Positions 25,961 through 37,851 of a DNA stretch of 64,000 nt are shown piece after piece. Under the pieces are notes generated by a model. That model was given only the letters and a program-made list of their open reading frames with translations. It made no database searches and was not told where the DNA came from. Source of the stretch: Macrostomum lignano (lineage: Eukaryota); NCBI GenBank assembly GCA_002269645.1, contig NIVC01000762.1, positions 186,001 to 250,000 of the forward strand, in the 5' to 3' direction. A program made the position numbers and the translations under genes. The number at the start of each line of letters is the position of its first letter. Within the stretch, counting starts at the first letter, position 1.

Positions 25961-27371
25961 CAATTTAATTTAAATTAAATTGAAAAGAAACAAACGCAGT
26001 AACAATGCAGTCAATTCTAAAATACACGTTCTGGAATATCTGGTATATTTGATTTCAATCAGAGAAATAAATTACAGACAAATTTGTGAAATAAAATATT
26101 TAATTTGACACAATTACCGGTAGCTGATTGGCAGCAAGAAAAGGCAAGTTTGCCTGCTTAGCAACATGTGATAACAAGACAAGTACGTTAATGTTTTCAA
26201 CCATTTTGACCTTTTGTAATAGCCGAGTAAATATTCAATCACTGAAGCCAGCATATTAGGAACCTATAGTAATCATATAACATTATAAATAGTATATAAA
26301 CTAGCAATCTAGTACCCCCTTCGGGGCGCTCAAATGAGCAAGGAGCAAATATTCATGCAAATCTATTACAAACCAAATTTTATAAGAACCTATTCCTTTA
26401 TCAGTTTTATAAATCACCTTATTCTAGTTAAACTATCACAGACAAAGATGTTTGCTATAAATAATCTCTTTTTTTTCGAAAAAATAACAAAAACAGCAAA
26501 ATAAAGCCTTCACAAAGATAGCAGGCACCCCCCTAAAAAGTACGAGTATCCCCGAGAACTTTGACCAACAACCAAGTAAATTAATGCTCAAGATAGCAAT
26601 TGGAAGCAGAATAGCAATATCTCAAAGCTAAAATTATTAAAGCATTTTTCCTCATAATAAATCATTAAACATTGCATTACAAAGTACGTTACAACAACGA
26701 AACCATAGGAAATTATATCTGATTGAATAAGCATTGATGAAAGCCTAGCTAGATACTCGTAGTTAGATAATTGAGCAGCAAAAGAAAATAATAATAATAA
26801 CAAACTTTCGGCACGTGACGACAGCTAAAGCACAGACGGATAAGATTGGTATTGGAATTTCTCAACCTACTGAATTCGAAATGACATTACATGAAACTGA
26901 AAGAGTATGTACGTCAGCATTTAATATATCAACTGGATTATTTGATTAACTGGAAGCACTGACACTCATCGGGATCAAAATCAGAATAAAAAAGCCGGCT
27001 ATATTTCAGAGACGTCGTTAGTAGTGTAGCCAAGTGGCAAGTGTCAAATTTTACATAGAAGTAGCTTTGTTTCTAAGAAAAAAGACAGATTGAAAAGAGT
27101 TTGAATTATATATTTTATGTTTGTCTACTTCAGAGTAGTTGATTTATCAAATATTAAAACGTGAGCTCAAGAAATAACATTACTAAAAATGTAAATAGTT
27201 TCAAAGATCATTCGTGGTAGCAGGAATTTATGATAATGTAGAGAATAAAAAAGATTAAAGATACTTATGCTTGTTTAAGAACATATGTAGTTTAAAGAGT
27301 AAACGTGTTAGTACAGATATCCGCTCCCACATTACGCGCGTTCCCACTTACTCTTAGATTGTTTCAACAAC

Positions 27372-30300
27372 CTAAACCAACGTTTCTTTCTCTTTGCTAA
27401 CCCGCAGCGGTGGCACCATTTCTTTCAGCCGGTCGCGGTAAACTCTCACCACCTTCTCTTTCGCAGCAGAAGCAGGGTTGGAGGCTTTGACTTTTGGCAG
27501 GGCCAAACCAAACCTTTTAAACATCTCCAGCAGCTCATTCTCATTGGCAACATCTACCAAATCGAGCTTGTGCGCATTGATGAGCTGAATTATATACTCA
27601 CGGTAGTGCCTGTCACATATACCTGGCTTTTTATGAGTAACTTTTTCAGTGCAAGGATATACACCAATCAGATTTCGTTCCATCTTCAAATCAGGAAGCT
27701 CGCAAGCTTTGCCAACCTTTGAGCATGTTTCGTTCAATTTAACCTTATTTCTCCTCAGAAAATCAAGTAGAGTCGTCTGTTTTGCTTGCTTTAAGTTAAA
27801 GAAGCACTGGCGATGGTGGTGCACATGAAGTCCTTTAATCGAGCAGCCACCGTGAGCTCTCTTCTGAGGGCTTCGGCAAAATGGACAGAATGAATGTCCA
27901 CATCTGCAGTGAAACACAGGAACTCCAGATTTGGATACTCGCTGGTAGCAAAGACTGCAGTCTTTGTCTGGGCAAACCAATTCAGAAGTCAGAAGCTCCA
28001 TCATCTGATCGTACAGCTTTGCGTCAGTAGGCCAGAGACTTTGGTTCTGAGCAGCTATGTGCATTTTGTTATAATCTTTTTGATGAATACCTGCTGCATG
28101 AACCCGATAACTGTTGCAGTCCATCTGTTGGTGATCAGTCCAGAAGCCAGAGCATTTCTTGCAGACATCCTGATTGCAATGTTTGCAGTAACTTTGGAAC
28201 TGTTGAGTGCCCTTTTTCGGTAGACCACTATTTCCATGGGGACAATAACCATTCGAAGTGACAACTGGAACTGCCGGAGCATCTTTTGAAGATTTTGAGT
28301 TTTTCCCTTTCTTGCCTGGGGCTTCGACCACTACCCAACTTTCGTCACCATTTTTGTTTGAATTACCTCCGCGCCCGGAAGCTTCAAGGTGCGCCACTGC
28401 ATACTCCACAGTGTCAGAGCCAAGCACATCCGCCATTTCCACCAGCTGCAACATCATGAAATCCCGACTGTCCTCATCATCGCACACACAATGGCAGACA
28501 GGGCACTGAATTCTGCTGCTTTTCAGATCAAGAAGAAATTTCCGAAAACACTCTGGACACATCTGGCACTCGCATGCTGCCATGGCAACAAGTTTATGAC
28601 GCGGTAACTCATTCGAACAGCGGCTGCACTTGCGACGCAGTTGGCTCATCAGAGCATCGTCTTCGAACGCCAGGCCGCCACACGACTCAATCGCAATCGC
28701 AAGGTCCGATTCAGAAAACTCTTTAAACTTGGGCATGCTTTTGACAACCAGAATTCTCTCTGCTACCCAGTCTTCCACTCTGAGCTGCGAAGCCAGGTTT
28801 TGAGCTCTATCGGACCATTCAGTAAAGCCTGTGCTGGAATCGCTTCCAGCCGCTCCGACTGCATCACTGGCGGCTGCTGCGGCTGCGGAGGTCAGCATGG
28901 ACGCTGCAGCAACGGCTTCACTGCGAGCGACTGCGCCTCCTTTAGTGGCGCCGCCACTGAGTTCGGTAGTCTGTGAGCAAGCAGAGCAAATTGCAAGGCT
29001 ATTTTCTGGCTGCGATGGAGCCGGGTTTACCAGCGTGCAGTGCTTGCAGACCCAGTTGCCATCACTTTGAGAATTGTTTTCTTGGAAATTTTGAGAGGCT
29101 ACTTTTGACGGAATATTTGTTGCATGATGCTCATGTAGTTGCCGATTCTGTTCTTGCTGTTGCTCTCTCTGCTGCTGCTCTCTCTGCTGTTGCTCTCTCT
29201 GCTGCTGCTCTCTCTGCTGTTGCTCTCTTTGCTGTTGCTCTCTCTGCTGCTGCTCTCTCTGCTGTTGCTCTCTCTGCTGTTGCTCTCTCTGCTGTTGCTC
29301 TCTCAGCTGTCGCTCTCTCTGCTGTTGCTCTCTCTGCTGTTGCTCTCTCTGCTGTTGCTCTCTCTGCTGTTGCTCTCTCTGCTGTTGCTCTCTTTTCTGT
29401 TGCTCTCTCTGCTGTTGCTCTCTCTGCTGTTGCTCTCTCTGCTGTTGCTCTCTTTTCTGTTGCTCTCTCTGCTGTTGCTCTCTCTGCTGTTGCTCTCTCT
29501 GCTGCTGCTCTCTCTGCTGTTGCTCTCTCTGCTGCTGCTCTCTCTCTTGTTGCTCTTTCTCACGTAGCTCTCTTTGCTGCTGCTCTCTTTGGTGTTGCTC
29601 TCGCTGCGACAGCTCTTTCTGCCGTTCAACCTGTTGTGGATTTCTCCGCTGCTGCTGAACATTATTGAGATACTGTCTCTGCTGCTCAAAAAGATCATTT
29701 GCTTTATCTTGACCTTGAAATTGACCTTGCTGATTTTTTACGTCTAAAAATGAATTCTGGTGCGCATTCTTATTGCTTCCAAAAGCTAGGTCACTATCAT
29801 TAGTATCTGTACGGCCAACACTGTGAGCAGCATTGTCAGGCTTCTGGTGAGCCGGTGCCCGAGAATCGAATGTTCCGCTCGATCCTCTATCAGACTCGCT
29901 AGGCAAAACAGCTGACGAATAAGAAGCAGACTGAGAGGAACCACCAGCTACTGTCGGTTTAGCAACACCTGTGCCAGAATTTGACCGATTGTTGTTGCTA
30001 CCTGCAGGAGGACTGGCTTCCTTCAACTCAATCGGAGGTGTTCCGTCACTCTTGCCACAAATGCTGCATATCCTTCGCGTAGAATCTTCGTTGATGAAAG
30101 TGCAGAATTGGCACTGCCAGCCACCGCTGCTGCTAGAAGCGGGTGGCGGAAATGTTGGTTGAGGCGGTGGCGGTCGTTTCGGCGGCGGGCGGCCTGACTG
30201 GGGAGATCGCGGAGCGGCGACGGGCGCCGCTGAAGCACCAGCGGCCGGCCCGGGCTGGTAGGGTCTGACCTGGTGATTTTTCCGATTCGGATGGTTGTGC

Positions 30301-30407
30301 CAAATCTGGTCGCAGCTTTTGCACAGCAGATTCCGGCTGCAGCCGGCTGTTTCGCACTGCACTTCGGCTGGGTAATCGCCACAAAAGCTGCAGTCTACTG
30401 TAGCCAT
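27372..30407 (-). CDS. HOIP-like protein C (1011 aa): B-box, NZF, QQREQ repeat, NZF, RING1, degenerate IBR/RING2, LDD-like; predicted inactive
   Basis: B-box CSFCGDYPA..WHNHPNRKNH; NZF WQCQFCTFIN; LDD-like GLHVHHHRQC and CDRHYREYIIQLIN. RING2 reads SGVPVFHC instead of GGCMHF. Confidence 0.88.
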   Translation of the reverse strand: MATVDCSFCGDYPAEVQCETAGCSRNLLCKSCDQIWHNHPNRKNHQVRPYQPGPAAGASAAPVAAPRSPQSGRPPPKRPPPPQPTFPPPASSSSGGWQCQFCTFINEDSTRRICSICGKSDGTPPIELKEASPPAGSNNNRSNSGTGVAKPTVAGGSSQSASYSSAVLPSESDRGSSGTFDSRAPAHQKPDNAAHSVGRTDTNDSDLAFGSNKNAHQNSFLDVKNQQGQFQGQDKANDLFEQQRQYLNNVQQQRRNPQQVERQKELSQREQHQREQQQRELREKEQQEREQQQREQQQREQQQREQQQREQQQREQQKREQQQREQQQREQQQREQQKREQQQREQQQREQQQREQQQREQQQRERQLREQQQREQQQREQQQREQQQREQQQREQQQREQQQREQQQREQQQREQQQEQNRQLHEHHATNIPSKVASQNFQENNSQSDGNWVCKHCTLVNPAPSQPENSLAICSACSQTTELSGGATKGGAVARSEAVAAASMLTSAAAAAASDAVGAAGSDSSTGFTEWSDRAQNLASQLRVEDWVAERILVVKSMPKFKEFSESDLAIAIESCGGLAFEDDALMSQLRRKCSRCSNELPRHKLVAMAACECQMCPECFRKFLLDLKSSRIQCPVCHCVCDDEDSRDFMMLQLVEMADVLGSDTVEYAVAHLEASGRGGNSNKNGDESWVVVEAPGKKGKNSKSSKDAPAVPVVTSNGYCPHGNSGLPKKGTQQFQSYCKHCNQDVCKKCSGFWTDHQQMDCNSYRVHAAGIHQKDYNKMHIAAQNQSLWPTDAKLYDQMMELLTSELVCPDKDCSLCYQRVSKSGVPVFHCRCGHSFCPFCRSPQKRAHGGCSIKGLHVHHHRQCFFNLKQAKQTTLLDFLRRNKVKLNETCSKVGKACELPDLKMERNLIGVYPCTEKVTHKKPGICDRHYREYIIQLINAHKLDLVDVANENELLEMFKRFGLALPKVKASNPASAAKEKVVRVYRDRLKEMVPPLRVSKEKETLV

Positions 30408-30629
30408 ACTGCGCTCATGGGGAGTATTGACTGCTTGGTTAATATTTGATTGACCTAAAAAAAGTTGTCCTAAATAATCGGGACTCTGCTATCTAGAACC
30501 AGATGGAACTTCGTTCGAAAGTTGTAAACCGTGAGCCTTGAACTTTTTTTACTGTCGTTACTATTTGAAATTATTATAGAATCTCACAAAACAACACCTC
30601 AGAACAATAAAAAACTAATATTTGATTAA

Positions 30630-30932
30630 ACCTGCCCCAATTGGGCCAGATGTGCAACAGACAGCTCAGCCGCAGCTATTGCGCGGCGCATCTGAAGGCT
30701 GCGTACGGCTGTACAGTACAATGACCTGGGGGGTTACTCCACACACCCTCAATTACCCCCTAAATTACCCCAGCTAATGCTGGCACCCATTTTACAGCTG
30801 GGTGGACTGAAGCAATGCAGAGTTAAGTTTCTTGCTCAAGGACACAAATTCCCGCCCCCCCCCCGAGTAGGTCGAGAATCGAACCCCCGACCTTTATCTC
30901 GTGCGTCCGACGCTCTATAACCACTAGGCTAC
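30630..30932 (-). mobile_element. tRNA-derived SINE, family 1
   Basis: Reverse complement begins gtagcctagtgg (A box) ... ggttcgattc (B box); colinear with 860-1121. Confidence 0.85.
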
Positions 30933-31620
30933 AACCTTCATTGACGAATTTATTATTATGACCAAATAACGCGATACATATTTCTACTCTAATGCTTGTG
31001 CTATTATTAAGTGGAAGCTAAAAAACTACATTTAATGTTGCCTGTTGGAGTAAAACTATTAAAAATCTGAAAATCATTTCAAGCCAACATCCGTTTGGTA
31101 CACATAAGAATCTCATTAAATACGCACATTTATTTAACATATTCAGCACATTGATAGCAAACTATCGCAACAGGAAGCAAAAAGAAAGCGCGTTTTTTCA
31201 TCGATTGGCTAATACGTCCGCGAGTTATTTATTCAAAACCTCATGTGACATCTATTTGTACTTTTACCATAAGTATAGTATCATCAGTCTGTAACAGTCT
31301 ATTTTAAATCGGGTAGGGTTGCTCGCTTAACAACAATTGCTCGCTTATTGATATATTGCTGAAAAGTCAAAATCTTCTAAACGAATTGACAATCAAAAAA
31401 GTACAATCAAATATTGATTTCCTTTTTCAGGCTGTGATCAACGACCAGCTTTCATCACATCAGATCGAGTCCATTAGATGCAGTACAACAGAATCCTTAA
31501 AGACGATTCGAAGCCGCATCAGACGGCTGGTTTACAACTTTCTTCTTAGCCATCCGGAAATCTATGAAGAGGATTCAACATCTTCCGTGACAAATGAAGA
31601 ATCAACCAGTTGATCTGGCA

Positions 31621-31935
31621 TCAAGACGGAGTATCAGCTTTGCCGCACAGGCTCAGCAATAGCAATGCAAAGAGCAGAACTGCTGGACCATTAAAAATCC
31701 AAAATTCGATGTTAAAAAATCTGCGCGATGAAACTTCAGTGCTAGACGGAGTAATTGCAAGGCCAGACTGCTGCTGATGATAAGGTTCGGTCACGTGATT
31801 TTTACGATTGGGGTGTCCGTGCCAGAGCGAGTCGCAGCTGCGGCACAGAATGTTGCGACTGCAGGCGGGCGTACTGCAGTAGACTGCGGCTGGATTGTCG
31901 CCGCAGAAACTGCAGTCTACTATTGATGACGTCAT
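31621..31935 (-). CDS. Short B-box-only ORF D (104 aa) or gene fragment
   Basis: MTSSIVDCSFCGDNPAAVYCSTPACSRNILCRSCDSLWHGHPNRKNH is close to the N-terminus of C; the sequence after it is unrelated. Confidence 0.55.
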   Translation of the reverse strand: MTSSIVDCSFCGDNPAAVYCSTPACSRNILCRSCDSLWHGHPNRKNHVTEPYHQQQSGLAITPSSTEVSSRRFFNIEFWIFNGPAVLLFALLLLSLCGKADTPS

Positions 31936-32034
31936 GGAGAGCAAGTGGAACTGGGCGGCGAGAGTGGTCAGCATGAGAAAATATAAAATACTTTCTTCAA
32001 TAATAATAGCTCGTAATAAAAAAATGATAACACA

Positions 32035-32326
32035 TGCCTCAATTGGGCCAGATGTGCAACCGACAGGCGACAGCTCAGCCGCAGCTATTGCACCGCGCAT
32101 CTGAAGACTGCGTACGGCTGTTCAGTCTAAGGACTGGGGGGGGGGGTCGCCACACCCAACCCTCAATAACCCGAGCTAATGCTGGCACCCATTTTACACC
32201 TAGGTGAACTGAAGCAATGCAGAGTTAAGTGTCTTGCTCAATCAAGGACACAAATTGTTCCGAGTGGGTCGAGAATCGAATCCCCGACCTTCAAGTCATG
32301 AGCCCGACGCTTCAACCACTAGGCTG
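32035..32326 (-). mobile_element. tRNA-derived SINE, family 1
   Basis: Colinear with the other family-1 copies. Confidence 0.85.
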
Positions 32327-32359
32327 AAACCCCTTCCGGTAGGCTACACCCCCCCCCCC

Positions 32360-32735
32360 CTAGTAGGGGTCCAGCGCGGCGCTCTGATATTCCAGCGGCC
32401 CAGGCTCGATTCCAATTGCAGTCAGCAGTAATCTAAATTAATCTGGGACTAAATTGGAATCTCGGCTTGGCTCTGTTCGTGCAATTAACGCCCTTAAGGC
32501 CTAACCCCTATGTCACAGTAAATTGTGCATGCCTAACAATAAATAAAGTTAGGGCAGCTGTACACTCCTGTGTGAGTGTGTGCCTGTGCGTATGACTGTG
32601 TACATATCCGCGCGCTTGTGTGCCTGCTCAGGGGAGTCGGCGGAATGGGCAGCAATGCCTCTCGCCGGTTGTGTGACAATGTCGCTTAAAGTGCGCCAGG
32701 GTGCACACAGCCCCTGCCTGCCTCTAACTAAAAAG
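32360..32735 (+). mobile_element. Dispersed repeat family 2, probably a SINE
   Basis: Homologous in inverted orientation to 62878-63185. B-box-like ggctcgattcc near the 5' end; 3' end tgcctctaactaaaa. Confidence 0.7.
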
Positions 32736-33539
32736 TTAAAACTAAATTCATTAGTCATTTAGCTTTGGCTATTTGCTATCCTATCCATTCTTATCTGCTG
32801 CTCGACATTGGCTTTTAAAACGTATTGATCTAATAGATTATTACCTGAATTCCAGTACCAATAAACGATAACTAAAAAATAGTCTCATCAGCAACAACAA
32901 AAACTTCCTATATAAAAGCGATAGCTACTTACATAACTGTAAAACGATAACTAGAAAACACAGCCAATTGAAAGAACTGGCATTTTAAGCAGATAAAAAA
33001 AACGGAAAAGTTTATTTCTTCTTATAAAATTTGGCCTTTAGCTAGAGTAAAAAGACTTTTCGCACAAAAAAATACTAATAACTGCAATACTTTGCATTCA
33101 AAAAAGTTTTACTGGGATAAAATTTGCACAATGCAGTAAATTTAATATCCTGGCACTTCAAATTTGCAACAAAATACATGTACAGTAATAGTTCACAGAA
33201 AACCAAAAAAATGCCATTAGAATTATAAATTTGTCACCATCAGAGCGGTAAGAACACTCGAAATGATAAAATCGAGAATACGTTTAGCGTGTCTTTAAAG
33301 AACGTTTACGGATAATGTTTTCGGAAGTTAAAACCATATGAAAACACATAATTAAGCAGTATTCAGAAAATACAAAACCATCTGGTATATACGTAGTTGT
33401 AGTCGTACTTGTAATGTAGGTACACTCTTGATTGTGTGGCAACTATCAAAACTTATAAATGAGCAAAAGAAAGGCAAGGATATATAAGAAAAGAATCCGA
33501 TTGTCTTCGCTATTTAAACAGGCTTAGTCTCGATAAAAA

Positions 33540-35141
33540 TTAAGACCGAAGCGGAACTTGGCGCACGATCAGTGCACGCAAAGCTGTCGAATCTGTGGAA
33601 ATACTATTCTGAACCTCAATTTTATGCCTTCTGCAAGTTTCCTTCAACTGCTCAACGTCCATCACCTCAACTGGATCCAAGCGATTCTTGTTGATCAGCG
33701 ATACAAGGTACTCTTTGTAGTGCTTGCCGCACAGTTTTGCGTGACCCTCAACGGGTCTGCCGCAAGCTTCGTCAACCAGATTGCCACTCTCTTTCTGCTC
33801 CATCACATCGCAGGTGCCAGAAGCGGCGCCTTCTGCAGCCGTCTCGTACTGAACCCCGTGGTCGCTGAGCAGCTTCTGAAGACTTCGCACAGTAAAGTCT
33901 CTCAGGTAGAACAGACAGTCTCTCGGATGCTCGCAGACGAGACCTCGACCGTGCAGTCTTTTGAAAAAGCCGCCGCAACCTGAGCAAAACTCTGCCCGGC
34001 ACGGCGGCCGGCAGGTGAAGTGCATGCACCCGCCCTTCGCCAGAGCGTATTTGAACTTGCACTTCGGACACTCGATGCCGTTGTTTTCTAGAAACGCTGC
34101 CACTCCCTTCGCTTGGTAGTCCGGATCATTCTCCACCAGCCACTGCTGGAACTGCTCGCAGCTGATTTTCTCGTGCTGCTCTCGCCACTGCTTGCGGCAC
34201 TGCTTGCACGTGTACTTTGAGCACTGGTTGCACTGGAACTTCAGACCCCGCATCTGCTCACTCAGTACAACTCCATTTGGACAGTGGCTGCACCACCGGA
34301 AATTCGGGTCCCGCATCAGGTTCCAATCGCGAAGCCTCTGCTCGAGCATGTTGATCTTGTCAGCTTCGAACCTGATCTCAGCATGCTGAAAGCTTTTCAC
34401 CTGAATTAGCAGATACTCAAAATAGTTCTCCAGCTCCGCTTCGTTCTCAGAGTCCGGTGTGTTACAGATCGGACACTGAAGATGAGACACATGATCGTTG
34501 TTGTCCAGACTGGCGGTCACAAAGTTCCGGAAGCAGCTGAAGCACAACTTGCACTGGCAGGAGGCCATCTGAAGAACTTTGTGCCTGGGAAAGCTATCAA
34601 AACAGATGGGACACTCGTTCTTGAAGTACGCACTCACAAAGTCCACGTAGTCAAGCTGGTCTCCGCAACTGCGAACAGCTTCGGCCAAATCGTTTGGATC
34701 GAAATTCCGGAACTCTGGCTGTTCGCGAAGCTTAATAAAGTTAGCCGAGTGTTCCAGTTTAGTGAAACTGAATCTTAACATCAAGTCTATCATCTCTTCG
34801 TTATTTTCATTGTCCTCATCAACATCACTGAGTGACCGAGATGTTAAGCTTAGGAAGGACAGCTCAGACTGCAGCTGCTCTGATTCAGGCGGCGACTCTG
34901 ACACAAAAAGCAGCCAAGAACCGCAGGCGGAGCAATAGTGGCGGCTTCTTGGGTTGAGAAGAGTGCACCTGATGCACAGGTATTGACCAGTGCGCTGGTT
35001 TACATCAGTCACAATTTCCTTCAAGCCGTGACAGGATTCGCAAACTTTGCAGAAGATGCGTCCTTCGCTGACTGGCAGGCAGAAGGCGACAAACTCGTTG
35101 TTAAAAGTGCAAATCTTGCACTCCCAGTTGACGCAATCCAT
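33540..35141 (-). CDS. RNF31: HOIP/RNF31-like RBR E3 ligase E (533 aa): two NZFs, RING1-IBR-RING2-LDD, catalytic motif intact
   Basis: CPKCKFKYALAKGGCMHFTC, HPRDCLFYLRD and HYKEYLVSLIN..LDP closely match the HOIP RING2-LDD. No PUB domain or B-box recognised. Confidence 0.93.
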   Translation of the reverse strand: MDCVNWECKICTFNNEFVAFCLPVSEGRIFCKVCESCHGLKEIVTDVNQRTGQYLCIRCTLLNPRSRHYCSACGSWLLFVSESPPESEQLQSELSFLSLTSRSLSDVDEDNENNEEMIDLMLRFSFTKLEHSANFIKLREQPEFRNFDPNDLAEAVRSCGDQLDYVDFVSAYFKNECPICFDSFPRHKVLQMASCQCKLCFSCFRNFVTASLDNNDHVSHLQCPICNTPDSENEAELENYFEYLLIQVKSFQHAEIRFEADKINMLEQRLRDWNLMRDPNFRWCSHCPNGVVLSEQMRGLKFQCNQCSKYTCKQCRKQWREQHEKISCEQFQQWLVENDPDYQAKGVAAFLENNGIECPKCKFKYALAKGGCMHFTCRPPCRAEFCSGCGGFFKRLHGRGLVCEHPRDCLFYLRDFTVRSLQKLLSDHGVQYETAAEGAASGTCDVMEQKESGNLVDEACGRPVEGHAKLCGKHYKEYLVSLINKNRLDPVEVMDVEQLKETCRRHKIEVQNSISTDSTALRALIVRQVPLRS

Positions 35142-35562
35142 AGACGTAACAGCGTTTGAGCTGTCTTAAATCGCACAGGAAAGTGAGAAGTCAGATACAT
35201 AAACAGATGAATTTCACAGAGCAATGATAACGCAGAAAGATCATTTCTAAACTTTGTAAAAAACAATTTAAGTTCTAACAAGTTTAAATGATATTTCACA
35301 TATATTACGGTTAAAAAGTGATATTATTTTAAAGAGAAATTTCATTGAAATTGAAGACACTTATTGTATTAGCAGTCTATCAGTAGAATATTAACAAATA
35401 AATGTTTTGCTTGTTTTGTCTTCAACTGACAGCAATTAATTTGGTCACCCAATGAGTCATAGGTCTTTCACAGCTTCAGGCAGTGGAGAAGCTAAAGGAC
35501 TGCATGATACGCAGGTTATTACTCGTAATTCAAAAAAAATAATAACAGTAATTGATTAATCT

Positions 35563-36298
35563 CACCTGCCCCAATTGGGCCAGATGTGCAACCGGGTCTA
35601 TGAAATTTGCTTGCGAGAAGTTTGCTTGCAGAAATTATGCTTGCCGAGGTTTGTCAGCCAGTTTTCTTGTGGAAATCAGAACTACAAAGATTTATACTGT
35701 TACAGATCCCTATCTACCTATTCTAAATCTCTAATCATTCGATATACTAAATTCTTAGAATGAAACTCTATAAGCCTAGTTTGAAAAAGCTCAGTGTCAA
35801 GTCAGTTTACGTCGACGCTGATAAGAATCCACTTTCAAAGCATCTGTAGTAAGTAATAATTGACTGACCGACTTCAAAAGCAATCAAACAAGCAAGCAAA
35901 CAAGATGATTCGGCAAGTTAAAACCTTGCAATTGTGATTGCGAATTTCTAGGAAGCATACATCGAAATTCCACAAGCAAAGTTCGGCAAGCAAAGTTCGG
36001 CAAGCAAAATTCGGCAAGCAAAATTCCGCAAGCAAAGCTCGGCAAGCAAAATTCCTGCAAGCAAATGTCGTACTCCCGTGCAACCGACAGCTCAGCCGCA
36101 GCTATTGCGCGGCGTATCTGAAGGCTGCGTACGGCTGTTCAGTCCAAGGACTGGGGAGTCGCCACACACACCCTCAATTACCCCAGCTAATGCTGGCACC
36201 CATTTTACAGCTGGGTGAACAGGAACAGGTTCCAGTGGGATCGGGAATCGAGCCCCTGACCTTCAAGTCGTGAGTCCGACGCTCCAACCACTAGGCTA
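35563..36298 (-). mobile_element. tRNA-derived SINE, family 1, split by a MITE
   Basis: 35563-35593 and 36078-36298 join into one family-1 copy when the insert is removed. Confidence 0.85.
35594..36077. mobile_element. Non-autonomous DNA transposon (MITE) with an 8-bp target-site duplication
   Basis: GTGCAACC at 35586-35593 and 36078-36085. Termini GGG...CCC with imperfect inverted repeats and subterminal tttgcttgc arrays. Confidence 0.85.
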
Positions 36299-37851
36299 GG
36301 CAATTATTAACCCCAAACAAGAATAAGCCAGAAAGGATCCAGATGATTGTGCTAAAAAAGAATAATAATAAAAAAATCAACCACCTATGATGGACTGCTT
36401 ATCATACTGAACGTGCACACTAAAAGTGGTGTCTAACCTTGCTAAGGCAGACGGAGACCGTTTCCTGGTTTGTTTGCCTTCTTCAAACAACCACAGCCAC
36501 ATGCCGACCTCTCCCACCTCTCTCAGTGTACACAGACGTTTTCTGTATGGAAAATTTGTTCGGGTAATGGGAAAGATTTTACGGCTCAAATCTTTACTCG
36601 TCTACTTTTCTGAGAGGTCTAACTTGAATCTCTCATACATCAAATCTTCTGGGACTATTCTGCTGGACATAAGTTTTCGAAAGTAAACATAATAAGAAAG
36701 AAGAGCAATTACACCTAGCCAAGCTTTGGCAAAATAAAATGCTTTCCGTCTTACAATTGTGTTTTATTGTACACGCAATTACTCGCATAATATGAAATCC
36801 TCATGACCACAATATTTGACAAATTTAATTGAAACCTAAATTGAAATTGAAACAATAATTTTAAATAAGACAATCGACAATTAATAAAAATTAACCAGAC
36901 GAAAGCTTTAGAAACATTAAAAATAAATACAATATTGTGGCGCTGTTTGAAATAACAATCTTGACACGTTGGAAGTTAGTCGTTAGTTGATCACAAAATT
37001 ACGCTGGTATTATGCAAGGACACACTTAGGTTGAAGCAATTGTATCCGTCTTGTAACGAGACGCTTGATCGATATAAAATGATTAACCCAAGAAGGAAAA
37101 TCAAACGAAAACTTGTGGATAGACTTTGCAATATTGCATATGTAGTAGAAAATAGCTTCAGAGGTTGAGGCAAATTTGCTTTTACGCTACTGTTAGTAGT
37201 TTCCGTTCGAGAAAGTTTCAGTAGTAAGTTAGTCAGGGCTTTGTGGGAAGTAAAGTGAAGTCTGTCTTCAAAGTTACAACTTTGAAATTTAAGATACAGG
37301 GGAAGTTCAAGGCTGCACAAGAAGAGTCCTGCCTCAACAATCAGGAATCAGGCAAAAAAATACCTCAAAAGGAATTGGATTCCTGCCTTTGTAGTTTAAT
37401 CTCTCAATGGGCAATAGATATACAATTAAAACGCGTGCACCACGCATCACTCAAGGGGGATGATCTGAATAAATATAAAAATAATCATTAGCTTTACTAA
37501 AAATAAAGCAAAGTGGAGAAACTTTAAACTGGCAGGTGAGAAACCAGCTGTAAACTGTATGTAGTTTTTGCAAACGACGTTATCAATGTTTCGAATAAAA
37601 CTTTGAAATCGAGTATAGCACATTTTATGCACCTTAACTGCAGTATAAATATTTTACCTTGCAAAAGCCCAATGATGATATCTGCTAGTAAGCAACTAGC
37701 TCTTAGAATTGTACACAAAATGTAGCATAATTCGTAGCATAATCCAACAATAAAGTTAAAAATCGAATATATCATAGGAAGTCAATCTAACAATATATAA
37801 GGATATAAAACATGAGACAAACAATTCGAATTTTTTTAGTCAACAAATATA

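Noticed and set aside
30870-30932. tRNA-like sequences here and at about 860-900, 32270-32326 and 36240-36298
   Set aside because: Only A/B-box heads attached to a shared SINE body; no complete cloverleaf.
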